Below are positions 9,201 to 18,977 of a stretch of DNA of 57,575 bases, one piece after another. Numbering within the stretch: position 1 is the stretch's first letter; every line of letters starts with the position of its first letter. A program made the translations under genes and the position numbers. Source of the DNA: an uncultured Dehalococcoidales bacterium (GTDB lineage Bacteria > Chloroflexota > Dehalococcoidia > Dehalococcoidales > UBA5627); the NCBI GenBank assembly GCA_964549815.1, contig CAZJVO010000001.1, positions 1 through 57,575 of the forward strand, given 5' to 3'. The notes beneath the pieces are model-generated. The model did no database searches and was not told the DNA's origin. It worked only from the letters and a program-made list of their open reading frames with translations.

Positions 9201-11732
9201 TTAAAGGTCCATTACATCTGTGCTGCTATCGCCTGGCAAGGCGCCGACTGGTGTCGGCAGCTTAAGAGCTTCTTCATCCTCGGGTGGTATAGCATGCACT
9301 ACGATATTTTCTTCTTCGAGGTCAACGCAAATAGTATCGCCGGCTTTAAAATTCCCACGTAGAATATCTTCGGATATTCTATCCTCTACCATCTCCTGTA
9401 TTACCCGACGTAGCGGACGCGCACCATAGACCTCATCGTAGCCTTTTTTGCCGAGGAAATCCTTGACCTCATCTGAAACTCTCAGCTTTATGTCCTTTTC
9501 TGCCAGTTGTTTGGTTACAGTTGCCAGCATCAAGTCAACGATCTGCCGAATCTGTTCTCTGTTGAGAGGATGGAAGACGACGACAGAATCGATACGGTTC
9601 AAAAACTCCGGTTTGAAGGCTTTCTTAACTTCACCCAGTAATTTGTCTTTCATGCTTTCATAGGATTGCTGTTGAGTTTTAGCTTCATCGCTGCGCGAGG
9701 CAAAACCGATTCCATGCCCTTTGCGGATAAGTTCTGCCCCGATATTGCTGGTCATGATTATTATACTGTTACGGAAATCTACCCTCCTGCCCTTGGCATC
9801 GGTCAGATGTCCATCGTCGAATATCTGCAGCAGGATGTTGAATACATCAGGATGCGCTTTTTCAATCTCATCCAGCAGTATGCAGCAGTAGGATTTTCTT
9901 CTTACCGCTTCGGTAAGCTGTCCGCCTTCTTCGAAACCGACATATCCGGGAGGCGCTCCGACCAGTCTGGAAACGGCAAATTTCTCCATGAATTCAGACA
10001 TATCGATACGTACCAGCGAATCCTCATTGCCGAACATAAACTCGGCCAGGGCTCTGGCCAGTTCGGTTTTGCCGACGCCTGTAGGGCCCAGAAAAATAAA
10101 GTTACCGATGGGATGGCGCGGGTCTTTCAACCCGGCTCTGGCGCGCCGAACAGCTTTCGATATGGTAGTAATCGCCTCTTCCTGTCCGACGATGCGCTTG
10201 TGCAGCTCCTCTTCCATGTGCAAAAGTCTCTCGGTTTCATCCTCGGCAATCTGCACTACGGGAATACCTGTCCACATCGCCACTACTTCAGCAATATTTT
10301 CAGGTGTGACCTGTGGTTTTTCCTGCTGTTGTTTTTCAGCCGTAAGCTCTTCCAGTTCTTTTATCCGGTCACCGGTTTCTATCTCGTGCTGCCGCATATC
10401 GGCAGCGGTATCGTACTGTTGAGCTTCCAGTGCTTCCTCTTTGCTCTTGCGGTAGTGCTCCTCCTCCTGCTTAAGCTGTTTCAGCTCTGCAGGTTTGGCA
10501 TAATATTTAATCCTGACGCGCGATGCCGCTTCATCGATAAGATCGATGGCTTTATCCGGCAAAAAGCGGTCGGGTATATATCTTGATGCAAAAGTTACCG
10601 CCGATTTCAGAGCCTCATCCGTAATAATAAGCTGATGATGCTCCTCGTAGCGGCCTTTAACCCCACGCAAGATAGCAAGTGCTTCTTCAACCGAAGGCTC
10701 TTCCACCAGAATCGGCTGGAAGCGCCGCTCCAGCGCTGCATCTCGCTCGATATGTTTCCTGTAATCATCCAGTGTGGTAGCACCGATGCACTGCAATTCG
10801 CCCCTTGCCAGCGAAGGCTTGAGGATATTGGCGGCATCTACCGCTCCCTCGGCGGCTCCTGCCCCCATCATGGTATGGAATTCATCGATAAAGACAATAC
10901 AGTTCCCGGCAGTCTTGATTTCCTCGATGACCTTTTTCAGCCTTTCTTCAAACTCACCGCGGTACTTGGTTCCGGCAACGACAGAAGCGATATCCAACGC
11001 CACTACTCTCTTATTTTCCAGCGACTCGGGGACATCCCCTTCCACGATGCGATGCGCCAGCCCCTCGACAATGGCGGTTTTCCCGACTCCGGGTTCACCG
11101 ATAAGAGCCGGATTGTTTTTGGTGCGGCGGCTGAGAATCTGTATTAAGCGCTCAATTTCTTTTTCACGTCCGATAACCGGGTCGAGTTTGTCGGCACGAG
11201 CGGCTGCCGTCAGGTCATGGCTGACCTGGTCGAGCGTAGGGGTGCGGGTGGTGCTTGCAGGACGACTCAGGCGGCTCTTCGCTGCGCTCTGCTGAGTAGA
11301 GGCACGCATAACCTCGGCGCGTGCTTTCTCAAGCGTTACCCCGAAGCTATCCAGTACCTTGGCAGCCACGCCTTCGCCTTCACGCAAAAGCCCCAGCAGA
11401 AGATGTTCGGTACCTATATAGGTATGACCCATCTGGCGGGCTTCATCTATTGCCAGCTCAATTACTCTCTTGGCCTTGGTGGTAAGCCCGTTTGTGTTGA
11501 TATTGGTTTTATCACCCGGGCCGATAATATACTCGACGGCCTGGGATATCTTTCCAAGATTGATACCCATATTTACCAGTACCTTGGCAGCTATACCATC
11601 TTCCTCTTTTACCAGCCCGAGAAGTATGTGCTCGGTACCTATATAATTATGGTTGAGACGCTGCGCTTCATCCTGGGCAAGGGTGAGAACCCTGCGAGCC
11701 CTTTCCGAGAATTTATCGAATCGGCTAGCCAT
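9201..11732 (-). CDS. clpC: ATP-dependent Clp protease ATP-binding subunit ClpC
   Basis: Two Clp_N repeats (TEHILLGL / TEHLLLGL). Walker A in both AAA modules ([16 protein letters not shown]). UVR-like linker ([13 protein letters not shown]). 843 aa. Confidence 0.95.
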   Translation of the reverse strand: MASRFDKFSERARRVLTLAQDEAQRLNHNYIGTEHILLGLVKEEDGIAAKVLVNMGINLGKISQAVEYIIGPGDKTNINTNGLTTKAKRVIELAIDEARQMGHTYIGTEHLLLGLLREGEGVAAKVLDSFGVTLEKARAEVMRASTQQSAAKSRLSRPASTTRTPTLDQVSHDLTAAARADKLDPVIGREKEIERLIQILSRRTKNNPALIGEPGVGKTAIVEGLAHRIVEGDVPESLENKRVVALDIASVVAGTKYRGEFEERLKKVIEEIKTAGNCIVFIDEFHTMMGAGAAEGAVDAANILKPSLARGELQCIGATTLDDYRKHIERDAALERRFQPILVEEPSVEEALAILRGVKGRYEEHHQLIITDEALKSAVTFASRYIPDRFLPDKAIDLIDEAASRVRIKYYAKPAELKQLKQEEEHYRKSKEEALEAQQYDTAADMRQHEIETGDRIKELEELTAEKQQQEKPQVTPENIAEVVAMWTGIPVVQIAEDETERLLHMEEELHKRIVGQEEAITTISKAVRRARAGLKDPRHPIGNFIFLGPTGVGKTELARALAEFMFGNEDSLVRIDMSEFMEKFAVSRLVGAPPGYVGFEEGGQLTEAVRRKSYCCILLDEIEKAHPDVFNILLQIFDDGHLTDAKGRRVDFRNSIIIMTSNIGAELIRKGHGIGFASRSDEAKTQQQSYESMKDKLLGEVKKAFKPEFLNRIDSVVVFHPLNREQIRQIVDLMLATVTKQLAEKDIKLRVSDEVKDFLGKKGYDEVYGARPLRRVIQEMVEDRISEDILRGNFKAGDTICVDLEEENIVVHAIPPEDEEALKLPTPVGALPGDSSTDVMDL

Positions 11733-11779
11733 TTTACACTCCTAACAAAGCTGTTTTTATGTGTCTTGAATATAACTTA

Positions 11780-11808
11780 ATTATAGAGCAACAAAATCCA
11801 CAGGTCAA
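11780..11808 (-). promoter_or_regulatory. Candidate sigma-70 promoter of clpC (TTGACC-17-TATAAT)
   Basis: Minus strand reads TTGACCtgtggattttgttgctcTATAAT, about 45 nt upstream of the clpC ATG. Confidence 0.5.
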
Positions 11809-11905
11809 AAAACAGCTTTCGCTACATCTATAATACTATGGGAAGGAAGCTATTTCAATGGTATTTGAAAATATTATGGGGATAAAAAGAAAAAGGCCTG
11901 TAAAA

Positions 11906-12032
11906 CCCTTCCTGGCAGTGGCATATTTTCCACAAGGAGTTGCCTCCTCAGTATCGTCTGTGCTAGAGCGTTTCACGGCCGTGTTCGGGATGGGAACGGG
12001 TGGGACCACTCTGCCTGAACCACCAGGAAGGG
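11906..12032 (-). rRNA. rrf: 5S ribosomal RNA
   Basis: Reverse complement reads CCCTTCCTGGTGGTTCAGGCAGAGTGGTCCCACCCGTTCCCATCCCGAACACGGCCGTGAAACGC...CTGCCAGGAAGGG. It has the universal CCCGTTCCCATCCCGAACACGG segment and a 10-bp terminal helix (CCCUUCCUGG/CCAGGAAGGG). Confidence 0.88.
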
Positions 12033-12102
12033 ATTTAATTCAAGCCCAGTTTCAGTAATATTAGCTTTTTAACCAGCGCTCATTTCGAGCGAGAACAGAG
12101 TT

Positions 12103-12131
12103 ATTATATCAGGAAGATTTTTGGCTGTCAA
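12103..12131 (-). promoter_or_regulatory. Perfect consensus sigma-70 promoter (TTGACA-17-TATAAT) driving the 5S rRNA
   Basis: Minus strand reads TTGACAgccaaaaatcttcctgaTATAAT, roughly 70 nt upstream of the mature 5S 5' end. Confidence 0.6.
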
Positions 12132-12492
12132 ATATTCGTGTAAGACGGTTACTGTAACATTTTTGCAGGTTTTGATTGAAAAGATAAGAGAGATTCCCTG
12201 ATAATTTAGTTTGAAAATTAAAAAGGCAAAAGGGGGTCTCTCCCGGAAACCGGTTTAAACAATACCGCTACAGATTTCAACTCCAGTTGTAAGGCCGTCG
12301 GGTGTCCAATAAAAAGAAGTCAAGCATTACTGTTTACAGAGGGCAGGATAAGAAAACATGGTCAAACATAAAATATTCCACAGAGCGGTTTTAAAAATGG
12401 CTGAGACTACTCTCCAATGAGCGGTACGCGGCAGCCTCTCGATATTTCAGAGAGACATTATCTTCGCAGAAGTGAAAATCCTTATTTTAAGA

Positions 12493-12535
12493 AGAGGGCT
12501 ACAGGATTTTATTTTTTCCCATCCTGTAGCCCTCT
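12493..12535 (-). terminator. Hairpin terminator downstream of the RND gene
   Basis: Perfect 15-bp inverted repeat AGAGGGCTACAGGAT / ATCCTGTAGCCCTCT with a T/A-rich 13-nt loop, about 40 nt after the RND stop codon. Confidence 0.6.
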
Positions 12536-12574
12536 ATTCTGCACTTATTATTTCACCTTTTGAAATTAGAACTA

Positions 12575-15565
12575 TTATTTCTCCACTGTTCTGTGTTCCT
12601 TGTTGTGGAAAAGGCTGTATACCACTGGCACCACAATCAGGGTTAGTAGAGTTGAAGTGAAAAGCCCTCCAATAACAACCGTTGCCAATTCGGCAGCGAT
12701 AATAGTCCCCTGGCTTAAGCCCAGTGCTAGCGGCAACAGTGCCAGCATAGTAGCCACTGCAGTCATGAGTATAGGTCGTAGTCGTGTACTGCCACCCTGG
12801 ATGAGAGCTTCGTGGGTACTCATGCCCTTGCGCCGTAACTGGTCTACCAGGGCAATAAGAACAATGGCATTAGTGAGTACAATCCCTACCAGCATAAGCA
12901 TACCCATCATGGCCGGAATTCCCAGAGAGCGCCCGGTGATAAATAAACCGAAAAGGGCACCAATAGCTGCTACCGGCAGGCTGAACATGATAATAAATGG
13001 GTTCAGGAAGGAGCGGAAGGTAATAGCCATTACAAAATAGGCAATGATTATTGCAATAATTATGGCTATTCCCATACTCTGGAAGCCTTCCGTCATTTGC
13101 TCGTAGATGCCACCGTATCTTATCTCTGTGCCGGCGGGTAGGGTTATTACACTATTGATTTTATCTTCTACCTCTTTATTAATTGACCCGACATCCTTGG
13201 CTGTTATAACTGCTGTTATCTGGGCGGCGGGTTTCTGGTCATACCGCATAATACGGCTAACCTCCGGGCTGAAGCTGATACTGGCAATTTCCCCCAGAGG
13301 TACAGTAGTGGTCGTTCCCAGCCTTAACTGGGCCAGTTGCTCTGCGCTGCTTATTTGTTCCAATGGAGAGGCTATGTAAACATCATAGGTTGCCCCATCG
13401 GAATGGAGTGTCCCGACGGTCGTACCCGCCATCAGGAGCGCCATTTCCATTTGAAGCTGGCTAACATCGAGTCCGTATTTCATAATGGCAGCAGCGTCAG
13501 GCACAATCTGAGGCTGGACCGTAACCGCCGTCGTATCGCTTTTAATATTGGTCAGCCCATCGATTTGTGAAAGTAGATTGGTGATATCCGTAGCTATTTT
13601 ATCTACTGTTGACGTATCATCTCCGATAACGGTGAGTGTCAGGGAGTTGGAGCCTATACCGATGGCCTGTGCGCTTTCTTCGATTCCGGCATGCACCGTG
13701 ATTTTCCCTGGTGCCGCTATCGGTTCAACCAGCTGGCGTAATTTTTCTGCCTGGGCCGAAAGATCGGCATCCGGGTCAAGGGTCACGATAATAGAGGCGC
13801 TATTTCCACTGCCCATTAATGTCTCGATGCCTCCAAAGGCGCTCGATGTTCCGATGCTTGAATAATATGCTACCCAATCGAGGTTGGCATCTATGGTCTG
13901 CTCGATTTCAGTCGTTTTCTGCATTAACAATTCCTCATCAGTGCCAGTGGGCATTTCTACATCTACCAGTATCATATTCATGCCGGTTGATGGTAAAAAT
14001 GAAGTTCCGATATAGGGCAGCAAAGAAAAACTGCCTGCTACGAGTAATGCCGCAATGACCAGAGTGAGTGCTCGGTGAGACAGTGACCACTTCAGAACGG
14101 GTTTATAAGCACGCTGGTACCAGGAGTCCCCGGGCTCAGCTTTCTTTTCCTTCTCTTTCTCTTTCTTCCCCGGGCGGATAAAACTGGTCATTGCCGGTAA
14201 TACCATCAGGGCAACCAGGAGGGAAGCAAGCATGGCGAAGGTTACTGTTAATGCGAAGGGGCGGAACAGTTCGCCGACAATGCCTCCCACAAAAGCCAGC
14301 GGGACGAAGACGATAACGGTAGCAATTGTCGCTGAGGTAATAGGAGTAGCCACCTCTGCGGAACCGTTAATAGCTGCTTCTTTGAAGCTTTCCCCCTGTT
14401 TCATATGACGGAAAATAACTTCCAGGATTACGATGGCATCATCCACAACCCGTCCTACAGCAATCGCCATAGCACTGAGGGTGAGCAGGTTGACTGTTAA
14501 TCCCCAGAGACGCATAGCAAGAAAACCGATAAGGACACTTAACGGAATGGAGATAGCAGTAATAAGTGAGGCACGAAAAGCCATCAGGAATACAAAGATT
14601 ACTATAATTGCCAGGATAGCACCTACAATTGCCTCTCGATAGAGTTCGGAAATAGATTGCTCTATATAATCGGACTGGTCCAGCACGATGGTTAGTTTCA
14701 AATTACTGCCGAGTTCATGGTTGATTTTATCCAGTTCGGCGGCTATGCTGTTGGCTACATCTACGGTATTGGCCGATGGGTCCTTGGTTACGCTTATAGC
14801 AATGCTCGGTTGCCCGTTGGTACGTGTGATGGCAGTACCGGATGCTGGACTGATAGTTACGCTGCCTATATCCTGCAGTGTTATCTGGGCTGCCGGAGAT
14901 AGGCCTATCGGGGTATTCTCAAGTTCTGTTAGGGAGTCGTATTCACGGTTACTGAGCAAAGCGGCTATCTGGGTGAATGAAATTCCTGCCTGATTTAGTT
15001 TATCGATATCCAGTTGTACTATTGCCTGTTCCTCACCGCCGATCACTTCCACACTATACACGCCGTCAATGGCTTCCAACCGGGGCACTATCTGGGAACT
15101 GGCAACGTCCCTGAGTTCAACAGTGCTTATATCTCCACTCAAGCTGGCAAATACTACCGGCACGATATCCATGCTCATGGGCATAATCTCGGGCGTCATA
15201 GTCCCAGAAGGCAGGGATAAGCTAACTAAAGCCTGTGAAATTTTGTCCATAACATCATCCATATTGGTCCCGTATTCATACTGGGCAACCACAAGGGATA
15301 TGCTGGAGAGTGATTGGGATGTAATTTCCTTTGTATTGGTAGCTTCGGCAATGACCTTTTCTATAAGTACTGTCACATCCTCTGCTACCTGCTCCGGGCC
15401 TGCCCCTGGATATACCGTAACAACAGTGCATAGTGGTATATCTATATTTGGTATAAGCTCAGTTTTAAGAGTTACGGTTCCCCAAATCGAGGCTATGGTT
15501 ACCAGAGCTGCTACCAGAAACGTAATCCAACGCTTCTTCAAAGCTATTTTTGTTAAAATACTCAC
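12575..15565 (-). CDS. RND family efflux transporter permease (AcrB/SwrC-like)
   Basis: 996 aa, 12-TM organisation with two large extracytoplasmic loops. Typical N-terminus RWITFLVAALVTIASIWG and AIAVGRVVDDAIVILE. Confidence 0.9.
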   Translation of the reverse strand: MSILTKIALKKRWITFLVAALVTIASIWGTVTLKTELIPNIDIPLCTVVTVYPGAGPEQVAEDVTVLIEKVIAEATNTKEITSQSLSSISLVVAQYEYGTNMDDVMDKISQALVSLSLPSGTMTPEIMPMSMDIVPVVFASLSGDISTVELRDVASSQIVPRLEAIDGVYSVEVIGGEEQAIVQLDIDKLNQAGISFTQIAALLSNREYDSLTELENTPIGLSPAAQITLQDIGSVTISPASGTAITRTNGQPSIAISVTKDPSANTVDVANSIAAELDKINHELGSNLKLTIVLDQSDYIEQSISELYREAIVGAILAIIVIFVFLMAFRASLITAISIPLSVLIGFLAMRLWGLTVNLLTLSAMAIAVGRVVDDAIVILEVIFRHMKQGESFKEAAINGSAEVATPITSATIATVIVFVPLAFVGGIVGELFRPFALTVTFAMLASLLVALMVLPAMTSFIRPGKKEKEKEKKAEPGDSWYQRAYKPVLKWSLSHRALTLVIAALLVAGSFSLLPYIGTSFLPSTGMNMILVDVEMPTGTDEELLMQKTTEIEQTIDANLDWVAYYSSIGTSSAFGGIETLMGSGNSASIIVTLDPDADLSAQAEKLRQLVEPIAAPGKITVHAGIEESAQAIGIGSNSLTLTVIGDDTSTVDKIATDITNLLSQIDGLTNIKSDTTAVTVQPQIVPDAAAIMKYGLDVSQLQMEMALLMAGTTVGTLHSDGATYDVYIASPLEQISSAEQLAQLRLGTTTTVPLGEIASISFSPEVSRIMRYDQKPAAQITAVITAKDVGSINKEVEDKINSVITLPAGTEIRYGGIYEQMTEGFQSMGIAIIIAIIIAYFVMAITFRSFLNPFIIMFSLPVAAIGALFGLFITGRSLGIPAMMGMLMLVGIVLTNAIVLIALVDQLRRKGMSTHEALIQGGSTRLRPILMTAVATMLALLPLALGLSQGTIIAAELATVVIGGLFTSTLLTLIVVPVVYSLFHNKEHRTVEK

Positions 15566-15608
15566 CGGCTAGTCTAATACCTCCTTTGAAATATGATGTA
15601 TATGAGCC

Positions 15609-16088
15609 CTATTGTGTGTCAGGCTCTGTACTAATATCCTCTCCCTGTAATGAGGCAGCCTCAAGGACTGTTTCTATTGCTTCGCTAATAGTCTTAAGTT
15701 GGGATAGTTCCATTTTCCCCAGAAGGTCCCTCATGCGTGATTGCCCCTGTTCCCATAGTCTTGTCGCCAGCTCTCTCCCCTTATCGGTAAGGCTACAAAC
15801 AACCGCTCTTCTATCCTCGGGGTCATTGCCTCTAACTATCAGGTCCTGGTGAATCAAGCGGTCTGTAATTCCCGTTGTAGTTGATAAACTTACACCAAGC
15901 GTAGAGGCTAAAGTACTTATACGGGCTGGTCCATCTGTAAATATAATAAGAATAATCTTAAGCTGGGGCATGGTAAGGTCGATATTGAGCCATTCTGTGG
16001 GTACGATAGGTCGTAGTGTATGGCACACTTTTCTTTCAAGTTCGAGGATGCGCTCAATAAGTTGTGCTCTTTGTATATTCAGATCCAC
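15609..16088 (-). CDS. MarR family transcriptional regulator
   Basis: Winged-helix core LTMPQLKIILIIFTDGPARISTLASTLGVSLSTTTGITDRLIHQDLIVRGNDPEDRRAVVCSLTDKG. GTG start. Upstream of the RND gene. Confidence 0.85.
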   Translation of the reverse strand: MDLNIQRAQLIERILELERKVCHTLRPIVPTEWLNIDLTMPQLKIILIIFTDGPARISTLASTLGVSLSTTTGITDRLIHQDLIVRGNDPEDRRAVVCSLTDKGRELATRLWEQGQSRMRDLLGKMELSQLKTISEAIETVLEAASLQGEDISTEPDTQ

Positions 16089-16148
16089 CCTGCTCTCCCA
16101 TAAGATACTAAGACTAAAACATATAATTATTGTAGTACTAAGTTTTTT

Positions 16149-16177
16149 ATTATATCTACAGCTTGACGCATTGTCAA
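16149..16177 (-). promoter_or_regulatory. Perfect consensus promoter (TTGACA-17-TATAAT) of marR-RND with overlapping palindrome
   Basis: Minus strand reads TTGACAatgcgtcaagctgtagaTATAAT. The inverted repeat TTGAC-N5-GTCAA (16163-16177) overlaps the -35. Confidence 0.6.
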
Positions 16178-16348
16178 AAATATGGATGTGGCTGTTACAG
16201 TCTCAGAATTGCAGGTTTTAAGATAGAGAGACTCGTAATTATATTATGGTGCCTCTGTGCCTGTGATGATAGATTTTAAACATTTAGCTCATTACAATAA
16301 TGTTATCGCAGCTTACCGCTACCCCATCATAAAAATCTATCGATAGCT

Positions 16349-16990
16349 TTATTTATTCTCTTTTCCTTTGCCTCGGAATGTATCGAAAATGAAGTCCTTT
16401 TTCCGGTGAGGCTTTTGCAGGGCTGCCAGAGCGGTGGGAAGAAATTTGATAAAGCTTATTATGAACAGGAGGGCGGCCATGACGGTAGCAAATGCGGAAC
16501 CAGTGCCGAACCAGACGATGAAGGGCAATGAGATAAGCGCAATTGCCATGGAAAGTGCAACATTACGGGTGATACCAAGCGGAATAAGAATGAGGGCTAT
16601 AAAGATTCCAAGTTGGAGCGGGTATCCATATGCAGGGAATAGCACCAGCAGGATGCCGACGGAGGTTGCCATCCCCTTGCCTCCGCTAAATTTTAGCCAT
16701 GGCATCCAGTTATGCCCTATGACGGCCGCCAGTCCGGCAAGCAGAACGAAGGCATCGGCAGCATTTAATCCCCATCTGGCGATAGCAATGGCGGAAGCCC
16801 CTTTGGCGATGTCAATCGCCAGCACAATAAGCCCGGGTGCTATACCCACCTCGCGGAGGACGTTCATAAAACCGACGTTGCCTCCGCCAAGTTTGCGAAT
16901 ATCATGCCCGGTCAACAGGCGGGTAACAAGATAAGCCGTAGGAATACTGCCTAAAAGATAACCGGTGATAATAGCAAGAGCTTCACTCAT
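16349..16990 (-). CDS. plsY: Glycerol-3-phosphate acyltransferase PlsY
   Basis: GYLLGSIPTAYLV...HDIRKLGGGNVGFMNVLR...AIDIAKG. 213 aa polytopic protein. Confidence 0.88.
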   Translation of the reverse strand: MSEALAIITGYLLGSIPTAYLVTRLLTGHDIRKLGGGNVGFMNVLREVGIAPGLIVLAIDIAKGASAIAIARWGLNAADAFVLLAGLAAVIGHNWMPWLKFSGGKGMATSVGILLVLFPAYGYPLQLGIFIALILIPLGITRNVALSMAIALISLPFIVWFGTGSAFATVMAALLFIISFIKFLPTALAALQKPHRKKDFIFDTFRGKGKENK

Positions 16991-17038
16991 CAGAACCTCC
17001 TCACCTGTTATCTGCCAAAAATGCTATCGTGGTACTTG

Positions 17039-17953
17039 CTATTTGTATACAGGAGTACACCAATCGATGTATTTATCTTTATTTCCCCTGATGACATCGA
17101 AGTATAACTTCTGTAATTTTACAGTGATTTCCCCAGGTTTGCCGGTGCCAATCCTGGTGTTTTCTATTTCAGCTACCGGTGTTAGATGTGCTGCAGTGCC
17201 CGTGAGGAAGCATTCATCGGCGTTGTAAAGTTCTACCAGCCCAATCTTCTTTTCTATGGTATCGATTCCCAGTTCATTTCTGGCAAGCGTCATAACCGTA
17301 TCTCGTGTAATGCCCTTCAGAATGCTGTCCTTTGGCGTTGGAGTGTATAGCTTGCCATTCTTCACCAGAAAAATATTCTCTCCGCTTCCTTCGGAAACAT
17401 TCCCCTCCTGCGAAAGCATAATACCTTCATCGTAGCCTCTTGTGACAGCTTCGGATTTTGTGAAGGCATTGTTTATATATAAGCCGGTTATTTTGGCACC
17501 TGCAGGTATAACGTTATCCGCCGGCCGCCTCCAGGATGAGATACAGCATCGGCAGGCATCGGCATCAATGTATCTGCCCCAGGGAATAGCAAAAACAAGG
17601 AAATCGTTATCCAGGTTGTGCAGGCGGACACCCATTGCCTCGGTGCTCTTATATGATAGGGGGCGAATGTAAATGTCCTCTTTAAACCCACTCTTCTGAA
17701 TCATCTCCACGGTTATCTGGCACAGCTCATCGATAGAGTAAGGCAATTTCATCTGTAAAAGAGCGCTCCCCTCGGCCAAACGCTGGTAGTGTTCTTTCAT
17801 ACGGAAAATATAAATCTGTTCCTTCTCCTCGTTCCAGTTGCCCCTGATGCCCTCGAAGACGGCAGTGCCGTAATGCAGGGCATGGGTCATAATTCCGATT
17901 TTTGCTTCAGACAGAGGAACGAATTCTTTGCGTAAAAAAGCGTATGATGGCAT
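17039..17953 (-). CDS. ilvE: Branched-chain amino acid aminotransferase (class IV)
   Basis: 304 aa. HALHYGTAVFEGIRG, YIRP and ENIFLVKNGKLYTP..ILKGITR are typical of IlvE. Confidence 0.82.
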   Translation of the reverse strand: MPSYAFLRKEFVPLSEAKIGIMTHALHYGTAVFEGIRGNWNEEKEQIYIFRMKEHYQRLAEGSALLQMKLPYSIDELCQITVEMIQKSGFKEDIYIRPLSYKSTEAMGVRLHNLDNDFLVFAIPWGRYIDADACRCCISSWRRPADNVIPAGAKITGLYINNAFTKSEAVTRGYDEGIMLSQEGNVSEGSGENIFLVKNGKLYTPTPKDSILKGITRDTVMTLARNELGIDTIEKKIGLVELYNADECFLTGTAAHLTPVAEIENTRIGTGKPGEITVKLQKLYFDVIRGNKDKYIDWCTPVYK

Positions 17954-18058
17954 ATAACTCTCCTTGGTATTTATACAATTTTATAGCCAGAATTATAGTC
18001 CTATACAAGAGTTAAGGCAAATTGATAAGATGGCATTTCTTTATCCTACCAAACTTGA

Positions 18059-18084
18059 TACCCCGACCGTGAGGTCGTGGGAAG
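18059..18084. repeat. 26-nt hairpin-forming element, copy 1 (TACCCCGACCGTGAGGTCGTGGGAAG)
   Basis: Its reverse complement matches 25566-25591 at 25 of 26 positions; the single difference lies in the loop. Confidence 0.8.
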
Positions 18085-18101
18085 TATATTATGCGGTTTG
18101 G

Positions 18102-18130
18102 TTGACAATATTTTGTTTTGGTGTCATTAT
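18102..18130 (+). promoter_or_regulatory. Candidate promoter of the DUF134 operon (TTGACA-17-TGtCATTAT)
   Basis: TTGACA at 18102-18107, then an extended -10-like TGtCATTAT after a 17-nt spacer. Confidence 0.45.
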
Positions 18131-18135
18131 TAATA

Positions 18136-18151
18136 ATGAGCATATGCTCAT
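18136..18151. promoter_or_regulatory. Perfect 16-bp palindrome ATGAGCATATGCTCAT (candidate operator)
   Basis: Read directly from the sequence. It lies between the candidate -10 and the SD/TTG start (18172) of the DUF134 gene. Confidence 0.5.
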
Positions 18152-18171
18152 AATGTTTAAGGGAGTCTAAT

Positions 18172-18627
18172 TTGTCAAGGCCGTTTAAGTGTCGCAGGGT
18201 AGCATATATGCCTGGTGTAACCTATTTCAAACCGGCGGGCATCCCTCTGGGAGCCCTCGAGGAAGTCGTATTATCTCTTGAAGAAGTGGAGGCTTTGCGC
18301 CTTAAAGAGTTGGAGGGGCTGGAGCAGGAGCAGGGCGCCGAAAGAATGAATATCTCCCGCCCGACATTTCAAAGGATTCTGGCTTCGGCGAGGCAAAAAG
18401 TTGCCGATGCCATACTTAACGGCAAGGCAATACGCATTGAGGGTGGTAACTTCGAGATGGCTTTGAACCGGTTCAGGTGTCATGGAGGGCATGAATGGGA
18501 TGCCGATAATGCTGTCGGCACTCCTGCGTTCTGCCCGCAGTGTAACGATACGGATGTTCAACCTGTTTATCCGAAGGGATTCGGTTGCGGTGGGAGGGGC
18601 TACAGACAGTGCCACCGAAGAAAATAG
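18172..18627 (+). CDS. DUF134 (UPF0251) family putative DNA-binding protein with a C-terminal Cys/His extension
   Basis: MSRPFKCRRVAYMPGVTYFKPAGIPL...LSLEEVEALRLKELEGLEQEQGAERMNISRPTFQRILASARQKVADAILNGKAIRIEG matches the DUF134 core. The tail reads CHGGHEW...CPQCND. Confidence 0.8.
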   Translation: MSRPFKCRRVAYMPGVTYFKPAGIPLGALEEVVLSLEEVEALRLKELEGLEQEQGAERMNISRPTFQRILASARQKVADAILNGKAIRIEGGNFEMALNRFRCHGGHEWDADNAVGTPAFCPQCNDTDVQPVYPKGFGCGGRGYRQCHRRK

Positions 18628-18689
18628 AAACGATTTACTATAAATAAACGGAATGTATCCTAAATAGAAATAATAAAAGGAGGTGCACT

Positions 18690-18944
18690 ATGCCGGGATT
18701 TGATGGGACAGGCCCCCGTGGTATGGGGCCGATGACAGGAGGAGGAAGAGGTTTTTGTGTTGTACAGGGGGTGAGGCCTGTGGCGCGTCCGCTCGGTATG
18801 CGGCGCGGAGCCGGATACGGATATGCCAACAGGGTTGTTCCTGCAAGGGATGATGAAATCGATTCTTTGAAGGGCGAAATGCAATTGCTCAGGGATTCTC
18901 TTGGCAGGATAGAAGCGCAGATCGAAAAACTTGCCGGGAAATAA
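18690..18944 (+). CDS. DUF5320 family protein
   Basis: MPGFDGTGPRGMGPMTGGGRGFC N-terminus plus a C-terminal coiled coil (IDSLKGEMQLLRDSLGRIEAQIEKL). Confidence 0.7.
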   Translation: MPGFDGTGPRGMGPMTGGGRGFCVVQGVRPVARPLGMRRGAGYGYANRVVPARDDEIDSLKGEMQLLRDSLGRIEAQIEKLAGK

Positions 18945-18977
18945 ATTTTTGAATCTAAATTCGATAAAGGAGTAATT

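Noticed and set aside
9666-11780. Several 140-306-aa plus-strand ORFs inside clpC (9666..10586, 9988..10422, 10635..11147, 10774..11295, 11217..11780)
   Set aside because: All are antisense to the unambiguous 843-aa ClpC gene and lack any family signature.
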